This document shows positions 61,301 through 64,000 of a stretch of DNA of 64,000 nt, piece after piece (positions within the stretch are counted from its first letter, which is position 1; each line of letters opens with the position of its first letter). This DNA comes from Chrysemys picta bellii. Lineage: Eukaryota. A model generated the notes under the pieces. It had not been told where the DNA came from. It did no database searches and saw only the letters and a list, made by a program, of their open reading frames with translations. The stretch spans positions 23,250,001 through 23,314,000 of the forward strand of contig NC_088807.1 of assembly GCF_011386835.1 (NCBI RefSeq), written 5' to 3'. A program made the translations under genes and the position numbers.

Positions 61301-64000
61301 GCTGTACGGGGACCCGGCGCCGAGGTGCGGCCCCTCTGGGGTGGGGCGGGGGGCTGGGTGTACGGGGACCCGGCGCCGAGGTGCGGCCCCTCTGGGGTGG
61401 GGTTCGGGGGGCTGGGTGTACGGGGACCCGGGGCCGAGGTGCGGCCCCTCTGGGGTGGGGTGCGGGGGGCTGGGTGTACGGGGACCCGGCGCCGAGGTGC
61501 GGCCCCTCTGGGGTGGGGTGCGGGGGGCTGGGTGTACGGGGACCCGGCGCGGAGGTGCGGCCCCTCTGGGGTGGGGTGCGGGGGGCTGGGTGTACGGGGA
61601 CCCGGCGCCGAGGTGCGGCCCCTCTGGGGTGGGGCAGGGGGGTGGGTATACGGGGACCCGGCACCGAGGTGCGGCCCCTCTGGGGTGGGGCGGGGGGCTG
61701 GCTGTACGGGGACCCGGGGCCGAGGTGCGGCCCCTCTGGGGAAGGGCGGGGGGCTGGGTATACGGGGACCCGGCGCCGAGGTGCGGCCCCTCTGGGGTGG
61801 GGTTCGGGGCCGCTCACACTCACCAGCGCCAGGTCGCAAAGCCGGGCTCTGACTTGCACCAGCTCGTCCTGCAGCCGCCTCTGCTGGTACCAGGTTTTCT
61901 CCTCCGCCAGCTCCGGGCCTTGGCATTCATCCAGCTGGTGCCGGACCAGCTCCAGGGCCTTCTCCAGCCTCTCCTGCGGGGTCCAACCCGGTTACCCCTT
62001 GGATGGGGTGGGGCGGGACCAGAGGGGTGGGGAAGTTCCTGCCCTCCCACCCCATCTTGGAGGGCATGGGGGAAATCCTCTGGGGCCCCCTTACCAACAG
62101 CCCAGCACTTAAGGGGTTAATGCCCCATTGCCCCCACTACCACCGCCACTCTGGGGCAGCCTCTGTTTTCACCCAGCGCCACCTGGTGGAAGCAATTGCC
62201 AAGCCTGACCGGTGGGGCGCGGGGGCTGGGTATATGGGGACCCCTCAGCCGGCACTGCGATGCGGCTGGCTCTGGGGTGGGGCGCGGGGGCTGGGTATAT
62301 GGAGACCCCTCAGCCGGCACTGCGATGCGGCTGGCTCTGGGGTGGGGCCCAGGGGCTGGGTATCTGGGGACCCCTCGCCTGGCGCTGGGATGCGGCTGGC
62401 TCTGGGGTGGGGCACGGGGGCTGGGTATCGGGGGACCCCTCGCCTGGCGCTGGGATGCGGCTGGCTCTGGGGTGGGGCACGGGGGCTGGGTATCGGGGGA
62501 CCCCTCGCCCGGTGCTGGGATGCGGCTGGCTCTGGGGTGGGGCGCGGGGGCTGGGTATACGGGGACTCCTTGCCCAGGCTGGTGTGTGTGTGTGTGTGTG
62601 GGGGGGTGAAATCACCTTCTCAGCCCGCAGCTGCCCCGTCTCCTCCTCCAGCCCCCGAAGCAGCTTGTCCTGGCCGCAGAGTTTAGTCAGGAGAATCTAG
62701 GGTGGGAGGAAAAAGAAAAAAGACACCCGGGGGTGGGGTGGGGGGTGGTGAGAAAACCTGGTTGTTTCAGCTGCGGCCTCCAGGTGGCGCCGTGGTTAGT
62801 GTGAGTGTGGGGGGGTTGCGGACATGGGGTTCAGGTTTGGGGCGTCTCGGGCAGGAAGTGACCCTGGGGAGCGTCTCGTGTGCCAAAGGCCTGGCCAAAT
62901 ACCCCAAAATGCTCAGCTGTAAAAACCAGGGAGGAGGCGGGATACCAGGGTAGATGGGCCCAGGGGTCCGAGCCGGGGGAGGCGGGATACAGGGGTAGAT
63001 GGGCCTGTGGGTCTGATCCAGGGGGGATTTTGGGGTGTCCGGGGCATGTGGGGGACGCTGTGCATGGGGGGCAGAGGACACAGACACATACACTCACATC
63101 GGTGTCACTTTCAGCCCTGGGCAGTACCAGCAGGGTCCTGTCCCGGGACAGAGGGGCCACGGTCCAGGGCTGGGGAAGAAAAAAGAACAAGAGGGTGAGG
63201 AGCGGAGAACCCAGGAGTCCGGCCCTCCCCCCATGTTCCCCTCCCCACTCCCATGCCAGAATCCTGTCGGCCTAGCCACAGGGCGCCCCTGCAAGGGGCT
63301 GATCAGAGGATGGAGGGGGAAACTGAGGCACGGACTTGGCGGGGGGTACATACCGGAGCTCCCAGTGAGGTCCTCTTCCCTGGGGGGCGGCTGGCGAGCG
63401 GGGGCAGTGGGGGCAGGTGGAGGTAGCCGGAGGAGGCCGAATGTGGGGAGATCTAGGGAGAAAGGGGCGAGGACAGGGTCAGCGGTGGGAGGACATGGGG
63501 GGGCAGGAGAACGGGGGTGCGGGAGGAGGGTCACTCACCAATCGGCCGTGGAGACGGGCGCGGGGTGGGGCAGCCCCCAGGGAGGGGTACACACGGTCTG
63601 TGAACTGCAGGGGGGCAGAGAAGACAGGGGTCAGACAGCGCCGACCCCCCCACCCCGAAGCACACCCCCCTGCCGAGCCCCCACTCCGCTCCCCACAGCC
63701 CAGCGCCCCCTGCTGACCACCCGCCCCGCTCCCCACAGCCCAGCGCCCCCTGCTGACCCCCCCCACCCCGCTCCCCACAGCCCAGCGCCCCCCCCCCACA
63801 GCCTACCCGGCTCCGGGGCTGTCTCCCCAGGGCAGGTCCCAGCGTGGCCGTCTGCGGGGGGCTCTCCTCCGCCGGGGTCCCGGGCCGCGCCAGGCAGTGG
63901 CTGGGGTGAGGGCTGCGGGGGTAGCGCCCGGGGGGCCGGGCACAGGGCTCCTCGGAGGGCCGCACGTCGTAGCGGTCGGCGGGGGTCTGGGGGCGCCCAG
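55317..64000 (-). CDS. PLEKHA4: Inverted second copy of PLEKHA4 3' exons (probably an alternate haplotype)
   Basis: Minus-strand exons 63807-64000+, 63539-63604, 63354-63452, 63098-63169, 62616-62696, 61824-61973, 60326-60424, 59756-59861, 58276-58388, 57711-57861, 57508-57605, 57013-57174, 56397-56656, 55317-55933. Lengths match copy 1 except the penultimate exon (260 vs 261 bp). Confidence 0.9.
58430..59730. repeat. CCCCACAGCACAGCACCCCCGATAGCCCCACC VNTR (long allele)
   Basis: Counterpart of the shorter array at about 46030-46495. Confidence 0.92.
60445..61810. repeat. About 54-bp VNTR (long allele)
   Basis: Reverse complement of the 44640-45300 unit. Confidence 0.92.

Larger units (their letters stand above)
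53920..64000 (-). other. Reverse-complement duplicate of about 42525-51058
   Basis: Begins TGGGCCCAAAGTCCTGTTCAGACG (rc of about 51035-51058) right after the gap; collinear exons, introns, 3' UTR and LTR fragment; differs by SNPs and VNTR copy numbers. Confidence 0.95.

Noticed and set aside
290-61810. CRISPR-like arrays
   Set aside because: Vertebrate DNA; repeats are head-to-tail minisatellites without unique spacers; no cas genes.
57779-62120. ORFs of 450-680 aa (Gly/Cys/Trp- or Pro/Arg-rich)
   Set aside because: Arise from intronic GC-rich VNTRs that lack stop codons.

Overview
GC-rich vertebrate genomic window, most likely a turtle microchromosome (inferred from a tortoise-type tRNA/CR1 SINE, CR1 LINEs, Gypsy LTRs and a Utopia-like element). 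It is syntenic with the human 19q13.33 cluster. Genes: HSD17B14 (split in two halves), TULP2 (-, cut by a gap), NUCB1 (+, complete, 450 aa), PPP1R15A/GADD34 (-, complete, about 474 aa, with a uORF, CRE and TATA), PLEKHA4 (+, complete apart from one homopolymer frameshift), and a second, inverted partial copy of PLEKHA4. Two 500-N gaps (1846-2345, 53420-53919) bound a central contig that appears mis-oriented. HSD17B14 exons 1-3 sit at its right end on +, while exon 4 (part) to exon 8 sit left of the first gap on -. The contig right of the second gap is a reverse-complement near-copy of about 42.5-51.06 kb, probably the other haplotype. Nearly every intron carries GC-rich minisatellites from a few dispersed families, and these produce most of the long spurious ORFs. 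The most unusual signals are tandem repeats that are also homotypic TF-motif arrays: a 30-bp-phased CCAAT array inside the PLEKHA4 terminal coding exon, an RFX X-box array in a TULP2 intron, about 22 CACGTG E-boxes abutting the GADD34 promoter, and an NF-kB/IRF cassette between GADD34 and PLEKHA4. Motif sequences are seen directly; their function is inferred.
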